NCBI GenBank assembly: GCA_030606285.1
Contig: JAUWGS010000001.1
Coordinates: 246,572-310,571 of the forward strand
DNA: 64,000 nt
Reading direction: 5' to 3'
Source: Planctomycetales bacterium
GTDB taxonomy: Bacteria > 4484-113
Shown: positions 1-8,939 of the stretch, one piece after another
How the letters are laid out: each line of letters starts with the position of its first letter
How positions within the stretch are numbered: the first letter of the stretch is position 1
The notes under the pieces: generated by a model
Told to the model about the DNA's origin: nothing
What the model saw: only the letters and a program-made list of their open reading frames with translations
Database searches by the model: none
Position numbers and translations under genes: made by a program

Positions 1-2
1 AT

Positions 3-80
3 GAAGGCATTGATGACGGTGCAGAACCGCCACTTCCCGCTCCAGACTTCCATCGTGTCACAATTAAGATCAGCTACTAG
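3..80 (+). CDS. possible 3' end of an upstream gene (partial)
   Basis: Frame 3 is open from the window edge (EGIDDGAEPPLPAPDFHRVTIKISY*) and is followed by a hairpin at ~130-150; too short to identify. Confidence 0.3.
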   Translation, partial: EGIDDGAEPPLPAPDFHRVTIKISY

Positions 81-337
81 CGCTCCTCTCTGCTTCTACT
101 CAAGAACTTCCCTAAGCAACGCCTGGCACCTCTCAGAACCTTTCTGAGAGCTTATCTAGCGGTGCGGGTAGGGCAAAGCTGGAATCTTCGTGTTATTAGT
201 AAATACTGCCCTGAAGAGGTTAAATCCTCTAAGAAAATCGGTCAGGTTCGCTTCACAACTCCCGTATGTAACATAATAGTTCTTATGGGCGGATGCGGAG
301 TGGCGTACCTGAACCCCAGTCCGAGAACTAATTCCCT

Positions 338-799
338 TTGACCCTAATCCAAATGGGTGATGACACTGTAATATTAAGGCTCCGAATGGCTCCACATCGC
401 TCCAAATGGCTGCTTGTACTCACTATCCTTCTACTTGGCACATCAGTGGAGCTTGTCGTCGGCTCCTCCGTCTTCTTCGTCGGAATGAGCATCGCTCCAG
501 CCATATTGCCTACACATCCAATTGCAGGCATCGTCCTGAGTTATGTCCTTCTTGCAGTCGTAGTCGGAATCCTCGTGTCTCTCTTCTACCACAATCCTGC
601 AATAACCTGGCGGCATCTGCTGGCCACAGTCTGGGGAGCGCTTCTGTTCTTCGCCGCTATGGGGTCATTGCATGAACTCGACGCGTCCCGCTCCGATAAC
701 ACAACAGGAATGACGCTTGCGGGTCTGGGAACATTCGCGTTCCTCGTAACACTAACGGCAGTTGTTACGCGACTTGACAACAGCACGGTCAGAGAGTAG
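338..799 (+). CDS. hypothetical membrane protein (~4 TM helices)
   Basis: 153-aa ORF with four long hydrophobic stretches; start codon uncertain. Confidence 0.6.
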   Translation: MTLIQMGDDTVILRLRMAPHRSKWLLVLTILLLGTSVELVVGSSVFFVGMSIAPAILPTHPIAGIVLSYVLLAVVVGILVSLFYHNPAITWRHLLATVWGALLFFAAMGSLHELDASRSDNTTGMTLAGLGTFAFLVTLTAVVTRLDNSTVRE

Positions 800-819
800 C
801 CGGGACCGAAATGACCCCC

Positions 820-3800
820 CTACCCCGCTGGCGCGTCAACCAGCGCCTTTTCGAGAACATCGGTGAATCTGCGCGGTATGCTGTGAAGCTCGGTGACGTG
901 GGGCAAGCCGTCTTCATCTTCTAGCGGCGTGATTAGCGCTGTAAGCAACGCGTTAGCCGTATCCAGGCTTGTAAGCACCGGGATGTTGCTTTCCACCGCC
1001 ACCCGCCGAATAGCCCGCGCCTCGATCTCGGCGGTGCGGTTATCTGAAATCGTATTGATGATTAGCTCAAAGCTGCCGTTGCGCAGCATATCAATAATGT
1101 GCGGCCGGCCTTCGGTTAGCTTAAACACCGGAGTTGCCTTCAGCCCTTTGTCGTTGAAGAACGCGGCTGTGCCGGCAGTCGCATAGATCCTGAAGCCCAG
1201 CTCGGCGAATCGCTGCATCATATAAAGCGCCTCTTCCTTATCCTTGTCCGCGACTGTGCACAGAAGCGGCAGGTGTTTCTCGCGGCTCTTGCTCAGTTCA
1301 GGTACCTTCAACCCCGCAGCCATCATGGATTTCTTCAGCGCCTGGGCGAAGGTCTGTCCGATACCCATGACTTCACCGGTGCTCTTCATCTCCGGCCCCA
1401 GACCCACATCCACCTGTATCATCTTGGCGAAGCTGAAAACCGGCGACTTGACCGCGTACATAGACGCGTCCGGCATGAGTCCTGTTGGCAAGCCCATCTT
1501 TTTGAACTCGTGCCCGGTGATAGCCATTATTGCCAGCGTAACCATCGGAATTCCGGTGACCTTGCTCAGGAAGGGGATAGTCCGCGAAGCACGCGGGTTC
1601 ACTTCGATAACGAAAAGCTCGCCTTGCTCATCCACGATGAACTGGATATTGATGATGCCCTTTGCGGCGATGCTGCGCGCAATGCGACCAGCGTAGTCGG
1701 TGATGCACTCGCGCAGCTCCTTAGACAGCGAAACCGGCGGATAGACCGCCATGCTATCTCCGCTGTGGATGCCTGAGCGCTCGATGTGCTCCATGATGCC
1801 GGGGATGATGATGTCTTTACCGTCGCTTATGAGATCAACTTCGACCTCCACTCCCCGGTAGTACTTGTCGATCAGCAGGGGCTGTTTCTGGAATGCGTAT
1901 TCGTTGGCTTCAATGTATCGCGCAAGGCTCTCCGGCGTGAAAATGATCTCCATCGCCCGGCCGCCCAGCACGTAGCTAGGGCGAACCAGCACTGGAAAAC
2001 CGATGCGCTCCGCAATCTCGACCGCCTTTGAATAATCAGTAACAGTTCCGCCAGCCGGCCTGGGGATTCTCAACTCCGCCATGAGATTGTCGAATTTCTC
2101 GCGGTCCTCCGTAACGTCTATGCCTTCCTCAGTCGTACCGAGAATGCGCACGCCTGCGCGTGCCAGGTCGCTGGCAATATTGATAGCCGTCTGGCCCCCG
2201 AACTGCACCACGACGCCCTTGGGTTTTTCGCGCTCCACAACCGCCATCACTTTTTCCATCGTTATGGGCTCGAAGTAAAGCCCGTCACTCATGTCAAAGT
2301 CGGTGGAGACAGTCTCGGGGTTGTTGTTGATGATAATGGCGTCGTAACCCAGCTTCGAAAGCGCCATCAGCGCGTGAACACTGCAATAATCGAACTCGAT
2401 GCCCTGGCCGATGCGGATAGGGCCGCTGCCGATCACGAGTACCTTTTCCCGTCCCCCACCCTCTTTCGGTCTGGCGTCGGTCGAGTGCCCCTGAGTGGAA
2501 TAAAAATACGGCGTCTCAGCTACAAACTCACTGGCGCACGTGTCCACTGCCTTGAATACCGGAATGGTCCCAAGGCTCCGCCGATGAGCGGCTACCTCGG
2601 CCTCGTCCTTTTCGCACATCTTCCCCAAGAGCTTATCTGAGAACCCGTTGTTCTTGTACCAGAGCATCTCTTGCGCGTCGATACCATCCAGACCTTTCTC
2701 CTTCAGACGCGTTTCCCCCTCTACCAGCTCGGCGAACTTGCGCACAAAGTAAGGGCTGATCTTCGTGAGCGTGGACAAGTACTCAACGGAGTGTCCTCTG
2801 TGCAGCGCCTCAAACAGTGCGAATATCCGCCCGTCGGTCGCCGTTGACAGGAATGAGAGCAGCTCCGCATCGTTAAGCACAAGAAAGCGGCGGGTGTGGA
2901 AGCTCCAGAGCTTCACTTCCAGGCTGTCGAGCGCCTTCAGAAATGCCCCGGTGAACGTGCGGTCAATCGCCATAACCTCGCCGGTGCTCTTCATCTGCGT
3001 GCCCAGTCTCCGGTCGGCCTCACTGAACTTGTCAAACGGCCACTTGGGAACCTTCAGCACCACATAGTCCAACGCTGGCTCGAAGCTCGCCATTGTCTGG
3101 CCTGTCACCTGGTTGACGATTTCGTCGAGCCTCAGTCCCAGCGCGATTTTCGCCGCCACCCGCGCTATCGGATAGCCCGTTGCCTTACTCGCGAGCGCCG
3201 AGCTGCGCGATACGCGCGGGTTCACTTCAATGACGTAATACTGCATCTCGGAGGGATGTAGCGCGAACTGGACGTTACATCCTCCTTCGATCTTCAGCGC
3301 CCGGATGATGGCTATGGACGCGGTGCGCAGCAACTGATACTCCCGGTCGCTGAGCGTAAGCGACGGGGCCACCACCATCGAATCACCGGTGTGGATCCCC
3401 ATCGCGTCCAGGTTCTCCATATTACAGACTGTGATGCAGTTGTCCGCTCCGTCGCGCATCACTTCGTACTCAATTTCCTTCCAGCCGACGACGCACTCTT
3501 CGATGAGCACCTGGTGGTTGGGCGAATGCACGAACCCGCGAGTAACGATCTCGCGGAATTCGTCGAGGTTGTAGGCAATGCCACCACCAGTTCCGCCCAG
3601 GGTGAAGCCGGGCCGTACAATGAGCGGGAACTCCTGTTTCTCCGCATATCTCATTGCCTCTTCAAAGGTCGTGGCAGTAATGCTCTGCGGCATAGGCATA
3701 TCCACGCCCTTCATCGTGTCTTTGAACAGCTCGCGGTCCTCCGCGCGGCCAATCGCCAGCGCGCTGGTTCCGAGGAATTTCATGCCGTATCGTTCCGCGA

Positions 3801-4119
3801 TGCCGCTGGAAAACAGCTCCGTCGCCAGATTGAGCCCCGTCTGACCGCCGATGGTGGGTAGGATGCCATCCGGTCGCTCCAGTGCGATGATCTTTTCCAG
3901 GTGCGGCAGGTCCATCGGCTCGATGTATACCCGGTCGGCGGTTTCCACATCTGTCATGATGGTAGCGGGATTGGAATTGACCAGGACGACTTCCACGCCT
4001 TCCTCGCGCAGCGCCTTGCAGGCTTGGGTACCAGAGTAGTCAAATTCTGCGGCCTGGCCGATTATGATCGGCCCGTTCCCTATCACCATTACCTTGTTGA
4101 TTTCTTCTCTTTTAGGCAT
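820..4119 (-). CDS. carB: carbamoyl-phosphate synthase large subunit
   Basis: MPKR start, GPIIIGQAAEFDYSGTQAC, two ATP-grasp halves (EVNPRVSRSS, EVNPRASRT), C-terminal MGS domain; 1099 aa. Confidence 0.98.
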   Translation of the reverse strand: MPKREEINKVMVIGNGPIIIGQAAEFDYSGTQACKALREEGVEVVLVNSNPATIMTDVETADRVYIEPMDLPHLEKIIALERPDGILPTIGGQTGLNLATELFSSGIAERYGMKFLGTSALAIGRAEDRELFKDTMKGVDMPMPQSITATTFEEAMRYAEKQEFPLIVRPGFTLGGTGGGIAYNLDEFREIVTRGFVHSPNHQVLIEECVVGWKEIEYEVMRDGADNCITVCNMENLDAMGIHTGDSMVVAPSLTLSDREYQLLRTASIAIIRALKIEGGCNVQFALHPSEMQYYVIEVNPRVSRSSALASKATGYPIARVAAKIALGLRLDEIVNQVTGQTMASFEPALDYVVLKVPKWPFDKFSEADRRLGTQMKSTGEVMAIDRTFTGAFLKALDSLEVKLWSFHTRRFLVLNDAELLSFLSTATDGRIFALFEALHRGHSVEYLSTLTKISPYFVRKFAELVEGETRLKEKGLDGIDAQEMLWYKNNGFSDKLLGKMCEKDEAEVAAHRRSLGTIPVFKAVDTCASEFVAETPYFYSTQGHSTDARPKEGGGREKVLVIGSGPIRIGQGIEFDYCSVHALMALSKLGYDAIIINNNPETVSTDFDMSDGLYFEPITMEKVMAVVEREKPKGVVVQFGGQTAINIASDLARAGVRILGTTEEGIDVTEDREKFDNLMAELRIPRPAGGTVTDYSKAVEIAERIGFPVLVRPSYVLGGRAMEIIFTPESLARYIEANEYAFQKQPLLIDKYYRGVEVEVDLISDGKDIIIPGIMEHIERSGIHSGDSMAVYPPVSLSKELRECITDYAGRIARSIAAKGIINIQFIVDEQGELFVIEVNPRASRTIPFLSKVTGIPMVTLAIMAITGHEFKKMGLPTGLMPDASMYAVKSPVFSFAKMIQVDVGLGPEMKSTGEVMGIGQTFAQALKKSMMAAGLKVPELSKSREKHLPLLCTVADKDKEEALYMMQRFAELGFRIYATAGTAAFFNDKGLKATPVFKLTEGRPHIIDMLRNGSFELIINTISDNRTAEIEARAIRRVAVESNIPVLTSLDTANALLTALITPLEDEDGLPHVTELHSIPRRFTDVLEKALVDAPAG

Positions 4120-4125
4120 AATTTC

Positions 4126-4758
4126 TTATTCCCGGAGACCGTCGGTCTCCAGACCGGGTGTCCCTCGTTCCCTCCGGGGACTGTCGGTCTCCAGACCGGG
4201 CGTCCTCGCGTCCGGGACAATCTTCATATACCACATACCCTCGTACCACAGCGCCGCATACTCATCCGGCAAACCCACAAGCTCATCCCGAACCGGATTC
4301 GACACAATATAGTCCGCCTTCTCACGGAAATCCGTCTCCGAGCGGATAATCCGGTCATAGTAGTCGCGCTTCCACAGGGCCCCGGAGACCCCACGCCGAC
4401 GGTTTAGCTCACGAGCCGAGAAACTCTTGACGCTCTTGAGTAGCTCATCGAGTCGCCACCACTCTCCCGATGACTTCCGCAGCGGCGTGACTACCAGATG
4501 AACGTGATTCGGCATTACGACGCAAGTGTGGAGAAGCCACTTCTCATCATGCCAGTATAGGCACGCTTTCAAAACGCATATGCGCTCTGAAAGTGAGAGC
4601 TCACGAATCCCTTCGCGAAGGCTGTAAGTAACGAAGTAAGTGCTTCCGCCTACCTGCCAATGCGGCAGGTAGTGGCGATACTTGTGCACCCAGAAAGATG
4701 GATGCTTCCTATTCCCATTCACACCTGCTGTATTGCCGTTAGCCACTTGCCGACCCAT
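4126..4758 (-). mobile_element. REP-associated tyrosine transposase (RAYT, Y1/IS200 superfamily)
   Basis: Motifs LPHW..TYFVTY, VVMPNHVHL (HUH), KSFSAR, LWKRDYYDRIIR, YIVSNPV; flanked by REP-like palindromes. Confidence 0.9.
4132..4208 (+). repeat. two tandem REP-like palindromes (GGRGACYGTCGGTCTCCAGACCGGGYGT), 42-nt period
   Basis: Copies at ~4132-4167 and ~4174-4208, each with hairpin CGGTCT-CC-AGACCG. Confidence 0.85.
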
Positions 4759-4830
4759 GAACCGTCAGCTTCTCGACCGGACGCTCTGGCAGTTCAGAGT
4801 GCACGCCCGACCTGGAGGTCGACGGTCCCC
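4759..4830. repeat. REP doublet (degenerate + copy and inverted copy) upstream of the RAYT
   Basis: Reverse complement of 4803-4830 is GGGGACCGTCGACCTCCAGGTCGGGCGT, matching the 4176 copy with compensatory stem changes; degenerate copy at ~4759-4785. Confidence 0.75.
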
Positions 4831-4867
4831 AAACTGCACTCAAAAAAAACACCCCTTTCGGGATACG

Positions 4868-6100
4868 CTAGAGTGCAAAGTAGTTTATCTTCATTGCCTC
4901 CTTAACCATACCGAGCGTCTCTTTGCCCAGAATTCGCGCCTTTCTCGTGCCCTCCAGCAGGATTTCTTTCACCCGCTCTGGGTGTTCCTCGTACGGCTTG
5001 CGCCGCTCGCGAATGGGCGCTAGCATCTCGTTGAGCACGTCAGTCAGCCTTTCTTTACACTCGACACAGCCCAGTTCGCCGGTCTTGCAGTCGCGCTCGA
5101 TCTCAGCCACGCGCTCCGCTTGGTTGAAGACCTTATGGTACTTGAACACGTTGCAGATTTCGGGATTGCCCGGGTCGCCCTTATGTATCTTATCCTTATC
5201 GGTGATTGCCTTCCACACCGTTTCCTTCACCGCTTCCGGCGGGTCGGCGAGGTTTATGACGTTTCCCAGGCTCTTGCTCATCTTCGTGTCGCCATCCAAT
5301 CCTGCCAGGCGCGGCACGTCGCCGATGAGCGCCTCCGGCATAGGGATTATCTCCTTTCCGCCGCCGTAGAGCTGGTTGAACTTGCTGACTACGTCGCGCG
5401 TAAGCTCCACGTGCGGCTTCTGGTCTTCGCCTACCGGCACCAGATGCGCCCGCACGAACGTTATGTCCGCCGCCTGCGACAGCGGATACCCGAAGAATCC
5501 GTATGTGAGTTGGTCGAAGCCTATAAAATCGGGCGTCTGGTGGCGTATGGGAGTAAGGCTTAGCCACTTGTCAACTTGCTCCGTAATACTCTCAACAGAA
5601 ACCGCTCCGTCTTCGTCAAGAGTTGCCTTTCCTACTTTCTCCCTATTCTGGATGTATTCCCTGGAGCCATAACAGAAGGCGTTAATCAAGTACTGTCTGA
5701 ATTCCTCAGAAGCATCCTTAGCAATCATTCCATATTGAATCGCTTCCGCCTTCGTCGTGGGATTATGCCGCAGCTTATTCATATTGGTGAATAGCCCGTA
5801 GATGCTCGTGAGTTCGGCGATCTCAGGGATCATTGACTGCACGCAAAGCGTCGTGACCTCCGGATCGATGCCCACCGCAAGGTTGTCCATCGCCACGTCC
5901 AGCACCGCCTGTTTTAGCAACTCCGGCTTGTCCCAGTGGGTCGTCAGCGCCTGTATATCAGCGATGAGCAGGTAGGTCTCGTAGTCGTGCTGGAGCTTCA
6001 CTCGGTTTTTAAGGCTGCCCACGTAGTGCCCCAGGTGCAGCTTGCCCGTCGGGCGGTCGCCCGTCAGGATGCGCTTGCGGTTGGATTTTGGCTCGACCAT
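4868..6100 (-). CDS. trpS: tryptophan--tRNA ligase with ~70-aa internal insertion
   Basis: TGDRPTGKLHLGH (HIGH-like), YPLSQAADI, VPVGEDQKPH, KMSKS. Confidence 0.96.
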   Translation of the reverse strand: MVEPKSNRKRILTGDRPTGKLHLGHYVGSLKNRVKLQHDYETYLLIADIQALTTHWDKPELLKQAVLDVAMDNLAVGIDPEVTTLCVQSMIPEIAELTSIYGLFTNMNKLRHNPTTKAEAIQYGMIAKDASEEFRQYLINAFCYGSREYIQNREKVGKATLDEDGAVSVESITEQVDKWLSLTPIRHQTPDFIGFDQLTYGFFGYPLSQAADITFVRAHLVPVGEDQKPHVELTRDVVSKFNQLYGGGKEIIPMPEALIGDVPRLAGLDGDTKMSKSLGNVINLADPPEAVKETVWKAITDKDKIHKGDPGNPEICNVFKYHKVFNQAERVAEIERDCKTGELGCVECKERLTDVLNEMLAPIRERRKPYEEHPERVKEILLEGTRKARILGKETLGMVKEAMKINYFAL

Positions 6101-6122
6101 CAGACGGTGATTCTACCACGCC
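6082..6122. repeat. 41-bp direct repeat, copy A (trpS -10 box, leader and first codons)
   Basis: TGGATTTTGGCTCGACCATCAGACGGTGATTCTACCACGCC; 36/41 identical to 6804-6844. Confidence 0.85.
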
Positions 6123-6136
6123 AGGCAGGATGTCAA
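6110..6136 (-). promoter_or_regulatory. putative sigma70-type trpS promoter
   Basis: Minus strand TTGACA-15 nt-TAGAAT with extended TG (TGGTAGAAT) just upstream of the ATG; the spacer is short. Confidence 0.55.
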
Positions 6137-6318
6137 TCAGCAGGCGGAGTTGTGTCTTTAGATCGCCAATTACTCACGAACACTGTACAAGCGGTCTCGA
6201 GTCTATTCTGATCGCTTAGTAGTTGAATTTCCTGCATGACATCCCATTATGAAGGAACGGTTCCAGTAAGGTCTCCTTCCTTTGCAGACGGTTTTGAAGA
6301 TAATACAGCGCTTATTCT

Positions 6319-6822
6319 TCAACGAGCCTTTCTTATTCCAGTAAACGTCCACGTAGGATTTGGATAAAAGTGACCTCTGCGTTCGTCAAGGTCGAAGCGT
6401 CTAAACAGGATGTTCCCACCATTCGTACACAGAAGCTGGAATTCGGTCGTTTCAAATGACTCACAAATAATCCACTTATACTTATCACTAAGAGAGCGGA
6501 AGAGAGCTTTGCGGGCATCGAAGTTAATTTTCATAGACATCGGCTTGTCCACTATTAGACAAACAGATGTCTCGTTGATGCACTTAATTCTACCTGTGTA
6601 AAGCCTTTTTCTTGTTTCGGAGTCTCCCGGTAGCGAATACTCGTCTAACCATGTGTATTCGCCAGTGATGCCAGGAAGGTCATCGACAACAGTCGCGACA
6701 ACGTATGCGGCCCGTGACCCCGGATCGCAGCTGACTAACACTGATACCAGCACTGAGAATGCTATTAAGCAGCCCATACTACAAACGCACGTCTGGCGCC
6801 AGGTGGATTTTGGCTCACCCAT
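6319..6822 (-). CDS. hypothetical exported or lipoprotein-like protein, AT-richer
   Basis: 167-aa ORF with a hydrophobic N-terminus ending LVSC; begins MGEPKST, like trpS MVEPKSN. Confidence 0.6.
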   Translation of the reverse strand: MGEPKSTWRQTCVCSMGCLIAFSVLVSVLVSCDPGSRAAYVVATVVDDLPGITGEYTWLDEYSLPGDSETRKRLYTGRIKCINETSVCLIVDKPMSMKINFDARKALFRSLSDKYKWIICESFETTEFQLLCTNGGNILFRRFDLDERRGHFYPNPTWTFTGIRKAR

Positions 6823-6844
6823 CAGATTGTGATTTTACCACGCC
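6804..6844. repeat. 41-bp direct repeat, copy B
   Basis: TGGATTTTGGCTCACCCATCAGATTGTGATTTTACCACGCC. Confidence 0.85.
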
Positions 6845-6918
6845 TGAGCCTCTAATATTCGCGCTCGCCCGGTAACCTGCTAGAATAGCTTTAAGTCTAC
6901 GAGGAGGTTTTCTCAAGC

Positions 6919-7692
6919 ATGCGTGCAACCATCATTACACTTGGTATTCTGGCCGCACTGGTTCTGGCAATGCCCGCCGGCGCGACGTTTATGGTCGGCG
7001 AAGAGCATTTCGACGCTGGAACGATGCGCGTCCTGCAGACAACGACATTCTTCTTTGAATATGTCACAACGATGACCGAAGACGGCGAGACCTCCGTGTT
7101 CAAGGGCCTTTTTGCCCAGAACGTGGACCGGACGCGGGTGGACACGGATATTCGCGGGATGCTGGGCGACGCAGAAGGTCAGGAGGCTATGTTCGCCCAA
7201 ATTATGGGTTACACCGGCGTGATTATGAAGCCCGAAAGCGACACCATAACGCTCTATCACGTGCCCGAGAAGTACATAATCCTCCATCCCGAAGAGCTCG
7301 AGGGAGAAATCCCCGACTTTATGCCCGACATTGAGGAGATGACCAAGGCCACCGCAAAGCCTGAAGAGGGCAAAGAGCCCATCGTCACCAAGGCGAAAAT
7401 CGGCGAGGAGAAAATCGACGGCCATCCCTGCATCATCTACGCGCTTACTGTCACCATTCCGGACGAAGACACGCTAACCGGTAAAATCTGGGTGGCCCAG
7501 GATTACGGCGATTTCAAGCCGCACCTCAAGATTATCGCCACGCACGAAGACGGTGACGAGACGATGATAGAGTTCCACAACGTCAAAGTCGGTAAGCCCG
7601 ACGACATCTGGTTTAACATCCCGGAGGGCTACGTTGAGGTAAAAGACATGATGGGGCTCTTCGACATGGGCGCAATGACGGGCGAAGGCTAG
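6919..7692 (+). CDS. secreted protein, DUF4412/LolA-like
   Basis: Signal peptide, GAGGAGG RBS, GEEKIDGHPCIIY..GKIWVA..F.IPEGY pattern typical of DUF4412-like proteins. Confidence 0.65.
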   Translation: MRATIITLGILAALVLAMPAGATFMVGEEHFDAGTMRVLQTTTFFFEYVTTMTEDGETSVFKGLFAQNVDRTRVDTDIRGMLGDAEGQEAMFAQIMGYTGVIMKPESDTITLYHVPEKYIILHPEELEGEIPDFMPDIEEMTKATAKPEEGKEPIVTKAKIGEEKIDGHPCIIYALTVTIPDEDTLTGKIWVAQDYGDFKPHLKIIATHEDGDETMIEFHNVKVGKPDDIWFNIPEGYVEVKDMMGLFDMGAMTGEG

Positions 7693-7747
7693 GTCGAGAA
7701 CGCACTGGCCTGATTTTCAGCTACCTTGCTTAGGATCTAAGTGGAGG

Positions 7748-8881
7748 CTATTCCTCCTTAGCATCTTCCCCTTCTGTCGCGTTCTTTACGTTTGCAACCG
7801 ACGCTTCTGCATCTCCCTCCGTCACAGTTGACGACTCATTGTACATTGTCTCCGCCGTGATCCGCATCCGCGAGTTATCCACTATCGCTCGCATCTGCTG
7901 CTTTTCGCCGTCTGCTTCGGTCGTAATGAGCAACGCCATATTCATCGTCAGGTCGCCGTCAATGCTGCTGTAGTTGCCCCGTTCAAGGTCGAACACGAGG
8001 CTGTAGCTGCCGGCGATGGTCATCTTCTCCACTTCAGTGTCGTACCTGACGCCGCCTTCCGTTCCCTTGAATGTCAGACCCTCCGGTGCCTGCCCCGAGA
8101 TTTGCGCGGCAAAAAGCACAAGCTCTTCATGCTCCTCACCGACTATCTCTTTGAGCCGCCAGATAACCTGCACTTCCAGCGCACTATCGCCCAGGGGCAA
8201 CTCCACCGTGCGTTCCCAGGGCTCGCCCACCGACACCTCGCCTTCCGGCAGCTCCATTACGAGTTCTGTGAGCCGGTCCCAGTCCAGGTAAGGGAACATC
8301 GGAGAACTTTTCGCCTTCGTCAGCCGGTCCCATGCGCTTCCGGTTCGCCTGTAATGCCCTCTCGCATCAACTCGGCTCGTGAACGAAGCTTGTAGCGCGT
8401 TCGCCAGCGCCTGTTCCTCAGGCTCAAACAGCTCTTCTTCGCCGTTGGCCAGCACTCGCGCGCCTTCATCGTCCAGAATAAGCGTTCTCTTCAGCGTTTC
8501 CTGATCGGCCGTCTGCACCTTATCCATCACGAAAGACGAAACGCGCGATGTCTGCGCGAGGGTTCCGCTCTCACCAAGGCTTCCGGTGGAAACGTTTTTC
8601 AGCATATCCACCGTCGCAGTGCTACTCGTCACGGCGCGTTGCTCTGCGCCGTTCTCCACATTGGGCTCCAGCATCAACGTGGTCTGAGACTCGCTGTGGT
8701 AGCTCACGTCATAGCGTTCATCTGGAGTGAGCTTGAGCGCCAGCTCTACCTTCTCGTAGGTCGGTCGCTTGCCAGCGGCTTGAATGACCGATCCCTCGTC
8801 GTTTTCAGTGGTAGGTATGCACGCGCCTATTGCTCCCATAATTAGAGCGATTATTGCGCACAACAAGAGTTCCCGACACAT
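7748..8881 (-). CDS. hypothetical lipoprotein (DUF6263-like)
   Basis: Start re-called to MCRELL (AAGGGGG RBS); lipobox IGAC; LPEGEVSVGEPW motif. Confidence 0.6.
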   Translation of the reverse strand: MCRELLLCAIIALIMGAIGACIPTTENDEGSVIQAAGKRPTYEKVELALKLTPDERYDVSYHSESQTTLMLEPNVENGAEQRAVTSSTATVDMLKNVSTGSLGESGTLAQTSRVSSFVMDKVQTADQETLKRTLILDDEGARVLANGEEELFEPEEQALANALQASFTSRVDARGHYRRTGSAWDRLTKAKSSPMFPYLDWDRLTELVMELPEGEVSVGEPWERTVELPLGDSALEVQVIWRLKEIVGEEHEELVLFAAQISGQAPEGLTFKGTEGGVRYDTEVEKMTIAGSYSLVFDLERGNYSSIDGDLTMNMALLITTEADGEKQQMRAIVDNSRMRITAETMYNESSTVTEGDAEASVANVKNATEGEDAKEE

Positions 8882-8939
8882 ATCAGCCCCCTTGAGTTTA
8901 CGCCACTCAGTTATTGACCGAACACTTGCGCCGCCGTTA

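Noticed and set aside
4132-4208. CRISPR array
   Set aside because: Only two copies with a very short spacer, no cas genes, and adjacent to a RAYT.
5522-5728. Intein or intron in trpS
   Set aside because: No C/S start with HN-C/S/T end, too short, and the reading frame is continuous.
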